DNA of 64,000 nt from a virus: IMG/VR virus record IMGVR_UViG_3300045988_121566, positions 1 through 64,000 of that record, one strand, 5' to 3'. Made by a program: the position numbers and the translations under genes. This document shows, piece by piece, positions 18,972-29,203 of the stretch; position 1 is the stretch's first letter, and each line of letters opens with the position of its first letter. A model generated the notes under the pieces. That model saw only the letters and a program-made list of their open reading frames with translations, was not told the DNA's origin and ran no database searches.

Positions 18972-20984
18972 ATGACAAAAGCAAGGATATTGACTCTTAG
19001 CATGGTAATGCCTGGAAAGAAACCGTACAGTTCGGTAATCAACCGTGCATCGAGGCAAGCACATGGTAACGACATGGAGCTATTGCAGCGATGCAGGAGC
19101 GCATGGAACAGCCTGAGTGGGGTAAGAGAGACGAGGGCGAGAACCATGAGATACTGCATGGGAGACCAATGGGGAGATACCATCAAGGTGTGGGATCACG
19201 GCTCCTACGTCTACATGACTGAACGGGAGTATATGGAGCGAAAGAACACTACGCCGATGAGCAATAACGTGATGGCGAGCATACTGGAGTCTATAGGCGG
19301 CCTCTATGCCAAGCAAGGTACAGAACCCGTGTGCTTTGCCAGGGACAATGACTCAAGAGCTATCAACGACATGATGAGCGCGACCCTGCAATGCAACTGG
19401 CAGTCAACGTATATGCAAGACCTGTTGAATCACGCCATCAAAGACTATGTGATAGGCGGACAAATGTACGCAAGAGAAGGGTGGGAGTCGAAGCAGCTCG
19501 AACTTCCTGACGCGTGGACGGAGCTTATGGAGCCTGACTTTATGTTTTTCGAGTGCGGAAGCGACCCGAGACATGAGGACATCAGCCTGATAGGTTGTCT
19601 GCATGACGTGAGCAGAGAAGATTTGTACCAGAAATTTGCGCGACCGGAGTTTGGACTGACGATAGATGACCTTGACAGCATCTTTTCCATACAAGACGTG
19701 AGTGATGACGGAGTGGGGTATGAGTTCAACGAGGAAAAGAACCTTGGCAACATAAGCTTTGACCATACCAATAAGTCGAACCACTACGTGAGAGTGATAG
19801 AGGTATGGACTACCGAGACAAAGATGCGCCTGCAATGTTTTGACCCTATAGCCACGAACGCCAACAACTCGTACTTTAAGGTGGATATGGACGATACGGC
19901 CATGATAGAGAAGCTGAGATCTGACAATATTAAGCGCAAGAAGATGTATGACGATATGGGTGTGCCAGAAGACGAGAGAGCCTACATCGTATCGGAAGAA
20001 GTAGCTGACAAATACTGGTACTACACCTATATGGCACCAGACGGAACTGTGCTGTGCAAGGGGGAAACCCCATACGACTATAAGAGCCATCCGTTTACAA
20101 TCAAGCTATTCCCGTATCTCAACGGCAAGATACACCCATTCTTAGCGAACGTGATAGACCAGCAGAGATACATCAACCGCCTGATAGTAATGAACGACAT
20201 GGCGATAAGAAGCAGCTCGAAGGGTGTGTGGATGATACCAACCACAGTTCTTGGCGGCAAGAGTCCGGCAGAGTTTGCCGAAGAAATAGTGGAGTATGAC
20301 GGACTGTGTTTCTATACACCAAGGCCCAATATGCCACAAGTGAAGCCTGACATCATCACCTCGAATGCGGTGAACATTGGCGCCAACGAGCTGCTGCAGA
20401 TAGAGCTGAACCTGATACATGAAGTGTCGAACGTGAGCGGAGCTCTGCAAGGGAAAACGCCATCGGCAGGAACATCTGCATCGAGATATGCTCAGGAAAC
20501 ACAGAACGCCACCACCTCGCTGTACTCAATTCTATCGGATATGGACGTGTTCGCAGAGAAGATCGCCACCAAGAAGTGCATGACCATACAGCAGTACTAC
20601 GAGAACGGCAGAAAGATACTGAACAAAGACAACAACAGCACCATATTCTACGACCGATATACGGCAAGAGACGTACACTTCAAGACAAGTATAAAGAATG
20701 CAGCCGCCTCTACCACATATCAGTCTCAGATAAACGACAAACTTGACCAGTTGCTGCAAATGGGTGCTATCAACGTGGTGCAGTATCTGCAGAACATCAA
20801 TGCTCCATTTGCAGACAAGCTGCTTGCGAGTGTTCAGGAACAGCAGGCACAGCTTGAACAGATGTATCAGCAGCAACAGCAATTAGCAATAGCACAAGGC
20901 GGTGGACAGATAGAGAACGGAGTTGTGCAGGGTGCCAACCAGGAAACGGTGAACCAAGCACAAGAGTATTTACAATCAGCATAA
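18972..20984 (+). CDS. candidate portal protein
   Basis: 670 aa. First gene of the + strand head/packaging block, divergent from scaffold/capsid. Gln-rich helical C-terminus (QEQQAQLEQMYQQQQQLAIAQ), as in portal barrels. Confidence 0.6.
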   Translation: MTKARILTLSMVMPGKKPYSSVINRASRQAHGNDMELLQRCRSAWNSLSGVRETRARTMRYCMGDQWGDTIKVWDHGSYVYMTEREYMERKNTTPMSNNVMASILESIGGLYAKQGTEPVCFARDNDSRAINDMMSATLQCNWQSTYMQDLLNHAIKDYVIGGQMYAREGWESKQLELPDAWTELMEPDFMFFECGSDPRHEDISLIGCLHDVSREDLYQKFARPEFGLTIDDLDSIFSIQDVSDDGVGYEFNEEKNLGNISFDHTNKSNHYVRVIEVWTTETKMRLQCFDPIATNANNSYFKVDMDDTAMIEKLRSDNIKRKKMYDDMGVPEDERAYIVSEEVADKYWYYTYMAPDGTVLCKGETPYDYKSHPFTIKLFPYLNGKIHPFLANVIDQQRYINRLIVMNDMAIRSSSKGVWMIPTTVLGGKSPAEFAEEIVEYDGLCFYTPRPNMPQVKPDIITSNAVNIGANELLQIELNLIHEVSNVSGALQGKTPSAGTSASRYAQETQNATTSLYSILSDMDVFAEKIATKKCMTIQQYYENGRKILNKDNNSTIFYDRYTARDVHFKTSIKNAAASTTYQSQINDKLDQLLQMGAINVVQYLQNINAPFADKLLASVQEQQAQLEQMYQQQQQLAIAQGGGQIENGVVQGANQETVNQAQEYLQSA

Positions 20985-20990
20985 AGCTAT

Positions 20991-21506
20991 ATGGCAGAAT
21001 ATACAAAATTGATAACCATCAGCATGGAATCCATCGAAAGCGATGTGATGAAGCAGGTTTCTGTTATCGCAAAGCGGCAGAAAGACAAGGCAGGTGATTC
21101 TCTGTTTGGAAACACGACTTTATCGGCAGTAGAGAAAGTTGTGATAAGGCAATACATAGAATCTGCAGTTCGCAGTTTTGCTGGCGAACTGGCACCAGTC
21201 GTAAAAACATATATTGAATCTTCTATTCCTGCATCAGTCACTTTCAATGTTATCAGACTAAACGAAGGACACAAGAATGCTTTCGAGGGTTGTTTTAGAG
21301 GATATGTGAGAGCATATACAAGCTATATGGTGTTGACTTTGAGCGGTACAGAGCAAGCCAAAGTGTATTCGGATGAAGCAAATATGCTTCTGAAAGACGC
21401 AATAAAACTTGTATTCGACAAAGAGGCTCCTTCGGCTGGAGCTAAAACGCTGAAAGATATGACAGGCTCCATAGAGAGTGATCCTCAGTTAGGAACCATT
21501 AAATAA
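20991..21506 (+). CDS. hypothetical head/neck protein
   Basis: 171-aa ATG ORF starting 7 nt after the portal stop. Confidence 0.6.
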   Translation: MAEYTKLITISMESIESDVMKQVSVIAKRQKDKAGDSLFGNTTLSAVEKVVIRQYIESAVRSFAGELAPVVKTYIESSIPASVTFNVIRLNEGHKNAFEGCFRGYVRAYTSYMVLTLSGTEQAKVYSDEANMLLKDAIKLVFDKEAPSAGAKTLKDMTGSIESDPQLGTIK

Positions 21507-21514
21507 GGAAAGAT

Positions 21515-22306
21515 ATGATATTAAAATTTCAAATTATCAAATCGGTAGTAGTTGACGAGGTAAAGAGGGCAACCTACCTAAAGGCCAAGATAGATGGCGC
21601 TACAGACGACAGAGCCATCAAGATGAGTTTTAACGAAGCTGCTGGTGACGAAGCGGTTCACGAAAACACTTTAACACACGATTTCCAATCAGCATTGGAG
21701 ATTACAAAGGTTATACTGGCAGACTATTTGGCTCCAAACTCTCAGACATCAGGCGATAACGTTATCTACTACAACGATAAGGATGACGATATAGTAGAGT
21801 TTGTTGTTGTCGTATCTCGCAGGTGCAACGGAACACTCTCTGATACTTTGGCAAGATTAGTGGCAAAGTATGTGGAAGACTATATGATATATCAGTGGTG
21901 GTTAAAAACTACCAACCTTAAACAGGCAGAACCTTACTTGCAGTCATTGACATTTGACGAGCAGAACATTCGCAGATGCTTTGTTCTGAGCGGTCCGTCC
22001 GTTCCAACCATACCATACGCCAAGACGCTTACAACAAAGGTGGATGGAAGCGACAACGGAGGCGGTGTGACTATTGAACTTGGCAATAAGGAAACTACCC
22101 TATCATATTCTATTGACGATAGCGCAATAGACGATATTGAAGCCAGAAGCAGCGACCCAGGCATTCTTGAAGTACAAAGAAGTGCCGAGCCTCATGCTTT
22201 CTGCCTCGTGCCTATAAATACAGGTGTGACAACCGTAACCATTTTCTCACGTCATAGCGACAATCTAAAGAGGGAAGTAGAGATAACCGTAACAAAGGAG
22301 GAGTAA
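21515..22306 (+). CDS. structural protein with C-terminal Ig-like (Big_2-type) domain
   Basis: The C-terminal ~80 aa (VTIELGNKETTLSYSI ... GVTTVTIFSRHSDNLKREVEITV) has the beta-sandwich repeat pattern of bacterial Ig-like domains. Confidence 0.5.
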   Translation: MILKFQIIKSVVVDEVKRATYLKAKIDGATDDRAIKMSFNEAAGDEAVHENTLTHDFQSALEITKVILADYLAPNSQTSGDNVIYYNDKDDDIVEFVVVVSRRCNGTLSDTLARLVAKYVEDYMIYQWWLKTTNLKQAEPYLQSLTFDEQNIRRCFVLSGPSVPTIPYAKTLTTKVDGSDNGGGVTIELGNKETTLSYSIDDSAIDDIEARSSDPGILEVQRSAEPHAFCLVPINTGVTTVTIFSRHSDNLKREVEITVTKEE

Positions 22307-22307
22307 T

Positions 22308-22913
22308 ATGGGATTCAATACATTACACCCCATGCACCATGACAGAGAAAGGGGATGGAAAGCAACGCCAAACCCCTTTGCGCCGAAGCAGCCTATGGCG
22401 ACCCGCTACCACACAGACAAGCATATCTTTGTGTATGCCAACCAGCTTTGGTACGACGTAGATGCGACGACAAACCTGCTGAGCAGAAGCCGCAGAAGCA
22501 TCAACGATGCGAAGGCAGACACCATTCCGACAAGTGAGAATGACCATGAACGGCCTTTGTTCTACCGATGGTTTGACAAGTACATGAAGAAAGTAGAAGG
22601 ATTGTTGGCCGCCTATCTGATGAAAAAGGAGGGGATTGTAAGAGACAATGCTATCAAGGAGTGGGACGAACAGGAAATATGGCTAAGGATGCCAGACTAC
22701 TGGGACGATACGAGGTATGACTCCTTGGTGCAGGCAATACATAACTATATAGCGGCAGGGGCGCTGTATGAATATTTCAAACTGACATTGACGAGCAAGG
22801 ATCCGCTGACGGCAGACAAGGCAGCAGAGGTAGAAGATGCAGAATTAGACATACTGGACGCATCGAATGCTACGAAACCCGGTAGTGTGCATAAACCCTA
22901 TAAACCATTTTAG
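22308..22913 (+). CDS. hypothetical head/neck protein
   Basis: 201-aa ATG ORF starting 2 nt after the previous stop. Confidence 0.6.
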   Translation: MGFNTLHPMHHDRERGWKATPNPFAPKQPMATRYHTDKHIFVYANQLWYDVDATTNLLSRSRRSINDAKADTIPTSENDHERPLFYRWFDKYMKKVEGLLAAYLMKKEGIVRDNAIKEWDEQEIWLRMPDYWDDTRYDSLVQAIHNYIAAGALYEYFKLTLTSKDPLTADKAAEVEDAELDILDASNATKPGSVHKPYKPF

Positions 22914-22918
22914 AGAAC

Positions 22919-23314
22919 ATGGAGGACTACAGCGATATAAAGACGGTGAGGGAGGTGATGGCAGAGAAGCGCGAGAAAGCCAAGCGTATACTGCCCGCCA
23001 CGAAGAGCGCCCAAAAGGAGTTCTTGAGAGACTTCCTTGCCCGTCATCAAGAGAAGTTTGAGGACTGCATGAACCAGTTGGCCGAGTATGACCCAAAGAC
23101 ATACGCAACCATATACAAAGACCTGATGAAACACATGATACCCAAGCAGAGCGAGGTGAGTGTGACGCACGGACTGGACGAGGACTTTAAACAGCTGGCA
23201 GCGCTGAGTATGACTAAAGTGGGAGATAATAATGAGATAGACGTGTCGAAGGTGCCCGAGATAAAGGACGCAGACTTTGAGGAACTACAATCATTAGCAG
23301 ATGGCGATAGTTAA
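22919..23314 (+). CDS. hypothetical protein; possible small terminase subunit by position only
   Basis: 131 aa, helical. Overlaps the large-terminase start by 14 nt. Confidence 0.35.
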   Translation: MEDYSDIKTVREVMAEKREKAKRILPATKSAQKEFLRDFLARHQEKFEDCMNQLAEYDPKTYATIYKDLMKHMIPKQSEVSVTHGLDEDFKQLAALSMTKVGDNNEIDVSKVPEIKDADFEELQSLADGDS

Positions 23315-25433
23315 AGAGGAAGATATAGACGAACTTGTAAGGGAGAACAGACGGAGATATGAAGAAATCTACGGCACGTATGACCCCTGGACTGGCGAAA
23401 ACTGCTATGACTTTGAGCATAGAGAGGTGCTGGAGCTTCCGGATTTCATGATCAAGAAGATGTGGGTTCCGAAGGAGTGTATGCGCACACTGCTATACAG
23501 GCAGCTGAGGCAGTTGGGAAGTCTGAGAGAATTCATTATCCGTGTGTGGAGGCGAGACTATGATGAAGGCAGCCGATATACCAAGCAGCTCATCATGATA
23601 CTGACCTTTGAGATTATGAAGGTGAGGTTTCGTGAAGACCCAGAGTTCGCTCTGTACGCCACAGACAAGATAGAGGACAAGATAACGGGAAACATGGTGC
23701 CCTTCAAGCTGAACTATCCACAGCGAAAGCTGCTGAAAATATTCGAAGATTTGCGCACCAGTGGAGCAGCCATCAGGGTGGTAATTCTGAAAGCAAGACA
23801 ATGGGGAGGTTCGACCCTGACGCAGCTATACATCAAGTGGATACAAGACTACAGGAGGGACGGATGGAATGCTATCGTGCTGGCTCAACAGAAGAATACG
23901 GCCAAGAAAATAAAGGCTATGTACAGAAAGGCTTTGGAGAACCAGCCTGGATGGACAGTGGGTTGTCCCGGTTCAAAGTTGCAATTCTCGCCCTACGAAA
24001 ACTCTCCAGATGACTTTCAAGTTACGGACGGAATGAGAGCTATCAGAAGAAGTACGCTTACCGTTGCATCATTTGAAAACTTCGACTCCGTGCGCGGTAG
24101 CAACTTCCACTGCGCCCACTACTCGGAGGTGGCATACTGGAAGAAAACGCCTGAGCATGACCCGGAAGGTGTTATTTCTTCTATCTCTGGAGGTATCAGA
24201 AACCAAGAGGACAACCTTGAGGTATTCGAGAGTACAGGAAAGGGTAACTCTGGCTTCTTCTACGACAAGTGTCAGCTCGCCATGAATCCAGATAACAACG
24301 ATGCCTACTCGTTTATCTTCATACCCTGCTACTTCATAGAGCACGATATGGAGGAAGTGAAGGACGAACGAGCCTTTGCGAGATGGCTGCTGCAGAACAA
24401 AGACAGGAGCACCAATCCAAGAGGATACAGAGAGACTGGTAAGTTCTTTTGGCGAATGTGGGAGAAGGGAGCATGTATGCAGGCCATAGAGTGGTACAGA
24501 AACTTCCGCAACAAGTTCACCACGCACTCCTTCTGTGCCACGGAGGCACCAATAGACGAGGAGGATGCCTTTAGAAACTCAGGTAACCTCGTATTCAATC
24601 CATACAGCATAGACGACCTGCAGAAGCGCTACAAGAAAGAGCCGATGTACACGGCAGACATCGTGGTAGACGGAAACAAGAACGACAGCACTATACAGAA
24701 ATCATCTATCAGTATAAGGAATGACGGAACTGGATGCCTGAAAATATGGGCTGCGCCCAACAAGCTGAAGGTGGAGAACAGATATGTGGTGAGTGTTGAT
24801 ATAGGCGGTAAGTCATCAACATCAGACTACACGGTGATGACAGTGATAGACCGTTTCGGCATGATACCTACGATAAAAGGCAAGCCTGAGGTTGTGGCGA
24901 GATGGAGGGGGCACGAGAGGCACGACCGCATAGCATGGATGGCGGCAGCACTTGCACACTTCTATGACGATGCGCTACTGGTGATAGAAAGCAACACGGC
25001 AGACCGCGAGAAGAACAACAACACAGAGGGAGATCACTTTGGAAGTATCATCAACGAGATAGCCTACTACTATGACAATCTGTATCAGAGAACATCGAGT
25101 CCTGAGGATGTGAAGGACAATGTGCTGGCGAAGTACGGATTTCAAACGAACAAGCTAACGAAAGGCTGGGTGATAGACAACCTGGAGCAGTATGTGGACG
25201 ATATGCTGTGGAAAGAACCAGACAGAGAGATGTATCATGAGTTGAGGATATACGAGCGGCACGACGACGGAAGCCTTGGAAACATTGTAGGTAACGGCAA
25301 CCATGACGATGTTCTGATGAGTACAGCTATAGGTCTATGGGTGAGCGCAAACGACATGGAAAAACCAAGGTGGGCACCTAAGAAGAGCGACACGCCAAAG
25401 GGAGACCGCGTACACTCGATGGCAAAATTCTAA
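23301..25433 (+). CDS. terminase large subunit (terL): terminase large subunit
   Basis: Walker A-like KARQWGGST, Walker B-like FHCAHYSEV, and nuclease-domain acidic motifs VVSVDIGGKSSTSDYTV, LLVIESN and GNHDDVLMS. Confidence 0.8.
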   Translation: MAIVKEEDIDELVRENRRRYEEIYGTYDPWTGENCYDFEHREVLELPDFMIKKMWVPKECMRTLLYRQLRQLGSLREFIIRVWRRDYDEGSRYTKQLIMILTFEIMKVRFREDPEFALYATDKIEDKITGNMVPFKLNYPQRKLLKIFEDLRTSGAAIRVVILKARQWGGSTLTQLYIKWIQDYRRDGWNAIVLAQQKNTAKKIKAMYRKALENQPGWTVGCPGSKLQFSPYENSPDDFQVTDGMRAIRRSTLTVASFENFDSVRGSNFHCAHYSEVAYWKKTPEHDPEGVISSISGGIRNQEDNLEVFESTGKGNSGFFYDKCQLAMNPDNNDAYSFIFIPCYFIEHDMEEVKDERAFARWLLQNKDRSTNPRGYRETGKFFWRMWEKGACMQAIEWYRNFRNKFTTHSFCATEAPIDEEDAFRNSGNLVFNPYSIDDLQKRYKKEPMYTADIVVDGNKNDSTIQKSSISIRNDGTGCLKIWAAPNKLKVENRYVVSVDIGGKSSTSDYTVMTVIDRFGMIPTIKGKPEVVARWRGHERHDRIAWMAAALAHFYDDALLVIESNTADREKNNNTEGDHFGSIINEIAYYYDNLYQRTSSPEDVKDNVLAKYGFQTNKLTKGWVIDNLEQYVDDMLWKEPDREMYHELRIYERHDDGSLGNIVGNGNHDDVLMSTAIGLWVSANDMEKPRWAPKKSDTPKGDRVHSMAKF

Positions 25434-25447
25434 AACGAAAGACTATT

Positions 25448-28186
25448 ATGGAAAGGAATACAGAAAGAAAAGTGCTGAGTTTCGGCAAGGGTATGACCAA
25501 CGTGCCCAGCGACATGATGAGTGATGACAACGAGCTGGAGGTATGTGACGGGTTTATCTACAGAGACGGAGAGTTGAAGCCGATACAGAAACCAGTGAAA
25601 ATCGGCCAAACATCATATACAATCATGTATGTGCACAAGATGGCAGATTACAAAAACCTTATCGGAAAGTTGGAGCATACGCAGTCTATCATCTGCTACA
25701 AAATGACGGATGACGGAATAGACATGGATAGCGGCCAGACGTTTAGTATAGGAGAACCTTCTGAGATAACGAGTGTGGGCAATACGTTGATATGTGTTAC
25801 AGAGAACGGCATACATTACCTGTTGTTCAAAGGTACGAAGTATGTAGACCTGGGAACAGAACTCCCCAAGCCAAAGGTGGAATTCAGAACGTTTGCCACC
25901 AACATGTCAATAGGAAGCGGCAAGACAACTGCTCTCGATATAAGAGAGTTCTGTGAAACAAGCAAGAAAACAGCCTACTACGACGACTCTGGAAGCCTGA
26001 CCAGCGTAACGACCAGTAAAACCTCCACCTACTGGACTTATAAGCCAATAAACGATGTAAACAAGCTTAAAGATTTCCAAACAGCCGTACAGGGTCATGT
26101 TGCGTCTAAGATAAAGGAGGCAAAAGAAACAAACAAGTTCTGCTTCCCATTCTTTGTAAGATATGCTCTAAAACTGCACGATGGTTCTTATGCAAGAATC
26201 AGCAACCCTATTCTTGTATGTCCTACAATCAACAGAAACTTCAAAATAGCACCACACCGTCACAATGGGGAAAATTATGAAGAATCTGTTAACAGGCAGA
26301 CGTTAGACTTAGAGAACGTTAATAGTAGTGCAGCTATTTATTTTATATACGTCATCGGGCATAGTGACCTATACTACAAAGCCTCTATAGAGGGTGCTGA
26401 CAACTGGAAAGACATCGTGAAAGAGATTGTAGTGTTTGCTTCCGATGAAGTAAGGCCTTTTGATATAGATGGAGATTTCGAGTTTAAAGAGCCGTTAGAA
26501 ATGGATGGATACTGCTATATGAACCAAGTTTCTGGCAAACGGAAAGATTTAAGCGGCGGAATATTAGGTGTACCTGTTTTAGACCTTAATCAAAGTTATA
26601 AGTTTACATATGATGAATACAAAGCGAGGTCGGTTATTATGCCTAAACATGTGAAATCGGACAGGGAGATTATAGATGCGTTGATGAGCAAGACGCAATT
26701 CTACAAACTCTTTGCGATAAAGACAGATGAGGCGAACGGTAAACTTGAATATGCTCCTATAGCCAATCATGTGGTAGAAACGCTGACGGAGCAGGAGCAG
26801 CTAAAGACGGATGACTACTACGGATGGGCAACTATGGTGGCTAAGAAAGTGTACCCATACAATAACCGTCTTAATATGACAGGTGTGAAGAGAAAACCAT
26901 TCAGCGGTTTCAACGACTTTATACCTATCACAACAGGAGAGCAACCTGGAATGTCGGGCGTTATCGCGCCTTTCCCTGATGAGCAGGAATACGAAATATA
27001 CACACATATAGTAGCTAACAGCATGGACGCATGGGTGAAAGCAGACGGGTATTACACGGCCTTACCAGAAATGATAGGCAGCTGGATATACTACCCAGAC
27101 CCTAACGCAACAGAAATGCTGATTATAGACAAGGACACTGGGAGCGCATCCCACATAAAACTGAAAGTACATCCAAGGCTGAACGGAGCATACTGCTTTG
27201 ACAAACTGCCATTCCCGAGAATAACGTATGACGGATTTGAAGATGACAATGCAAGGCCGGTGGTGGATCAGAACGCCCACGAGACGCTGGACTCAAATAT
27301 CTACACTTCTGTGGTGAACAACCCATTCCTATTTGAAGCGAGTGGAGATAACACCGTAGGAACGGGAAGCATACTTGGGATCATAGCGAACACAGAGGCT
27401 ATCAGTCAGGGACAGTTCGGTCAATATCCACTGATTGTATTCACATCAGAAGGTATATACGCCATGAGCGTGACGAACGAAGGTATGTATGGCAGCATAC
27501 ACCCCATATCGAGAGAAGTATGCCTTGAGAATTCTCCACTTGTTCCTACTGACAAACTGGTGTACTTTGCTTCGGAGAAGGGGTTGATGGCAGCAAGCGG
27601 AGCAGAAACGGCACCTATGAGTGAACAGTTAAAAGGTAGATCAAGCATGCAGGATGGAGGATTTGCCAACTATCTAAAGAACTGCCTTATAGTCTACGAC
27701 TACAGAGACTCACTCCTAAGGATATACAGCAAGGTCTACCCCTGGCAGTATATCTACAACATGAAGGACAAGACCTTTTCGGTAGTGGAGAACGGAGTGA
27801 AGGCAAAGGCGTTGGCGAACGACTACCCAGACAATCTGATACAAGATACGGACGGAAACGTCTATTCTCTTACGACCAAGCCGGACATCGTTCATGACGA
27901 TAATACTTACAGCGGAACCGTTACGACAAGAGCCCTGAAACTGGGAGGAAGCATTATGCAGAAATCGCTGAGGTCCGTCAAACACCTTATGGACGCATCG
28001 GATAACGGCAAGGTGAAACTGGAAGTATGGGGAAGCAACAATGCCAAACATTGGAGGAAGCTGAACAGTCTTGGCGGTAAGCCTTGGGCATATTTCAAGA
28101 TAAGATACACGCTTACTGGGTTTCGAGCGTCTGACTCGTATGCAGGAACCGTGATAGAGGTACAGAAGCGGAGAGAAGATAAATAA
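25448..28186 (+). CDS. large virion-module protein of unknown function (912 aa)
   Basis: Uninterrupted ATG ORF 15 nt after terL, ending at a strong terminator. Confidence 0.65.
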   Translation: MERNTERKVLSFGKGMTNVPSDMMSDDNELEVCDGFIYRDGELKPIQKPVKIGQTSYTIMYVHKMADYKNLIGKLEHTQSIICYKMTDDGIDMDSGQTFSIGEPSEITSVGNTLICVTENGIHYLLFKGTKYVDLGTELPKPKVEFRTFATNMSIGSGKTTALDIREFCETSKKTAYYDDSGSLTSVTTSKTSTYWTYKPINDVNKLKDFQTAVQGHVASKIKEAKETNKFCFPFFVRYALKLHDGSYARISNPILVCPTINRNFKIAPHRHNGENYEESVNRQTLDLENVNSSAAIYFIYVIGHSDLYYKASIEGADNWKDIVKEIVVFASDEVRPFDIDGDFEFKEPLEMDGYCYMNQVSGKRKDLSGGILGVPVLDLNQSYKFTYDEYKARSVIMPKHVKSDREIIDALMSKTQFYKLFAIKTDEANGKLEYAPIANHVVETLTEQEQLKTDDYYGWATMVAKKVYPYNNRLNMTGVKRKPFSGFNDFIPITTGEQPGMSGVIAPFPDEQEYEIYTHIVANSMDAWVKADGYYTALPEMIGSWIYYPDPNATEMLIIDKDTGSASHIKLKVHPRLNGAYCFDKLPFPRITYDGFEDDNARPVVDQNAHETLDSNIYTSVVNNPFLFEASGDNTVGTGSILGIIANTEAISQGQFGQYPLIVFTSEGIYAMSVTNEGMYGSIHPISREVCLENSPLVPTDKLVYFASEKGLMAASGAETAPMSEQLKGRSSMQDGGFANYLKNCLIVYDYRDSLLRIYSKVYPWQYIYNMKDKTFSVVENGVKAKALANDYPDNLIQDTDGNVYSLTTKPDIVHDDNTYSGTVTTRALKLGGSIMQKSLRSVKHLMDASDNGKVKLEVWGSNNAKHWRKLNSLGGKPWAYFKIRYTLTGFRASDSYAGTVIEVQKRREDK

Positions 28187-28197
28187 GACAAGAGAAC

Positions 28198-28230
28198 AGA
28201 GGCGGCTACTCATCACGAGCAGCCGCCTCT
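28198..28230. terminator. bidirectional hairpin terminator between convergent genes
   Basis: AGAGGCGGCT (28198-28207) and AGCCGCCTCT (28221-28230) form a perfect 10-bp stem. Confidence 0.65.
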
Positions 28231-28253
28231 TAGGATAGTGATATCAAATTACT

Positions 28254-28757
28254 TCAAAAGTATGGAATGTGTGAATATTTAGTAACAATACGTCCGATGA
28301 TAAAACCAATGATGTATGCATAGAAGTGAAGTATGCCGTTGACTCCAGGCATGAGCATCGCGAGAACGATGAAAGGCATAACCACGCAACAGGAGTCAAA
28401 AAATCTGCCAGTCTTACCCCACATGATGCCTATGGCAGCGAAGATAACTCCAGAAAGCCCGACAGTGGGCTGAGACACATACGTCGGCAAGAAACTCGAC
28501 AAAACCGCAGCGAAGAGGCTTGCGCAAAGACATATACGATTGCGCAGCGACCACAGGACAACGAGGTTGGCTGCAAGATGAAAAATGTTGGCGTGACAAA
28601 ACGAATATGTAAGATGAGAGACGAAGCTACTTCCGGGGAAGAAGCCTGCATTATCTGGACGTGCGACGAAAACCGCCAGACTTACGCAAGTGAGCAAGGT
28701 CTTTATCAGAAAGTTTGTCTTTTCCGAAGATTTCTTTGTGATGATAATATTCTCCAT
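28254..28757 (-). CDS. rhomboid-family intramembrane serine protease
   Basis: Three hallmarks in the canonical order: HANIFHLAANL, GLSGVIFAAIG (GxSG) and LHFYAYIIGFIIG. Has 5-6 hydrophobic helices and an ATG start. Confidence 0.75.
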   Translation of the reverse strand: MENIIITKKSSEKTNFLIKTLLTCVSLAVFVARPDNAGFFPGSSFVSHLTYSFCHANIFHLAANLVVLWSLRNRICLCASLFAAVLSSFLPTYVSQPTVGLSGVIFAAIGIMWGKTGRFFDSCCVVMPFIVLAMLMPGVNGILHFYAYIIGFIIGRIVTKYSHIPYF

Positions 28758-29148
28758 ATTTCTTTCCGCAACTAATAGCCTTTCGCACTGTTTCTATACT
28801 TGCATAGAACTCTGGCGCAGGCTGAGATACCAAGAAGGGAGTGATGAACCACAGTGACTTGCCTATGAACTCCTTCTGCTGAGACAGCTTGTCGAGTCTG
28901 CGGAACAGTTCGTAGTACATACGTTGTTCTCTTGGACTCTTTGCATCGACCACAGTGAAATCGCCACGTACCATATAGCGCAGGACATTGTAAGCCGTTT
29001 TGGGGCTGACATAGAACCGATGAGCATCATGACGAGCCGTCTTGATCCACGCCTCCTTCTGAGAATGACAGTTGGTGTAGACTTGCCTGTAGGCGCTAAG
29101 TAAATCGCGCCTCATAGCGACTGTAAGGTCAAATCCTCTTCTTGGCAT
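28651..29148 (-). CDS. hypothetical basic protein
   Basis: 165-aa ATG ORF served by a canonical promoter at 29172-29203. Its 3' end overlaps the rhomboid ORF by 107 nt in another frame. Confidence 0.6.
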   Translation of the reverse strand: MPRRGFDLTVAMRRDLLSAYRQVYTNCHSQKEAWIKTARHDAHRFYVSPKTAYNVLRYMVRGDFTVVDAKSPREQRMYYELFRRLDKLSQQKEFIGKSLWFITPFLVSQPAPEFYASIETVRKAISCGKKYGEYYHHKEIFGKDKLSDKDLAHLRKSGGFRRTSR

Positions 29149-29171
29149 AGGTTATTTATTATAGTACGCTG

Positions 29172-29203
29172 CAAAGATACGTCTTATTTAGATAAAATCC
29201 AAA
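29172..29203 (-). promoter_or_regulatory. Bacteroidota-type promoter (-33 TTTG / -7 TAnnTTTG)
   Basis: Minus-strand TATCTTTG (29179-29172) and TTTG (29203-29200) are separated by 20 nt. Lies 24 nt upstream of ATG 29148. Confidence 0.7.

Noticed and set aside
12029-28186. Additional DGR variable repeats in other structural genes.
   Set aside because: By eye I found no second copy of the TR core. The only partial hit was a 9-nt match at about 26325. I cannot exclude remote targets outside the window without a computed search.
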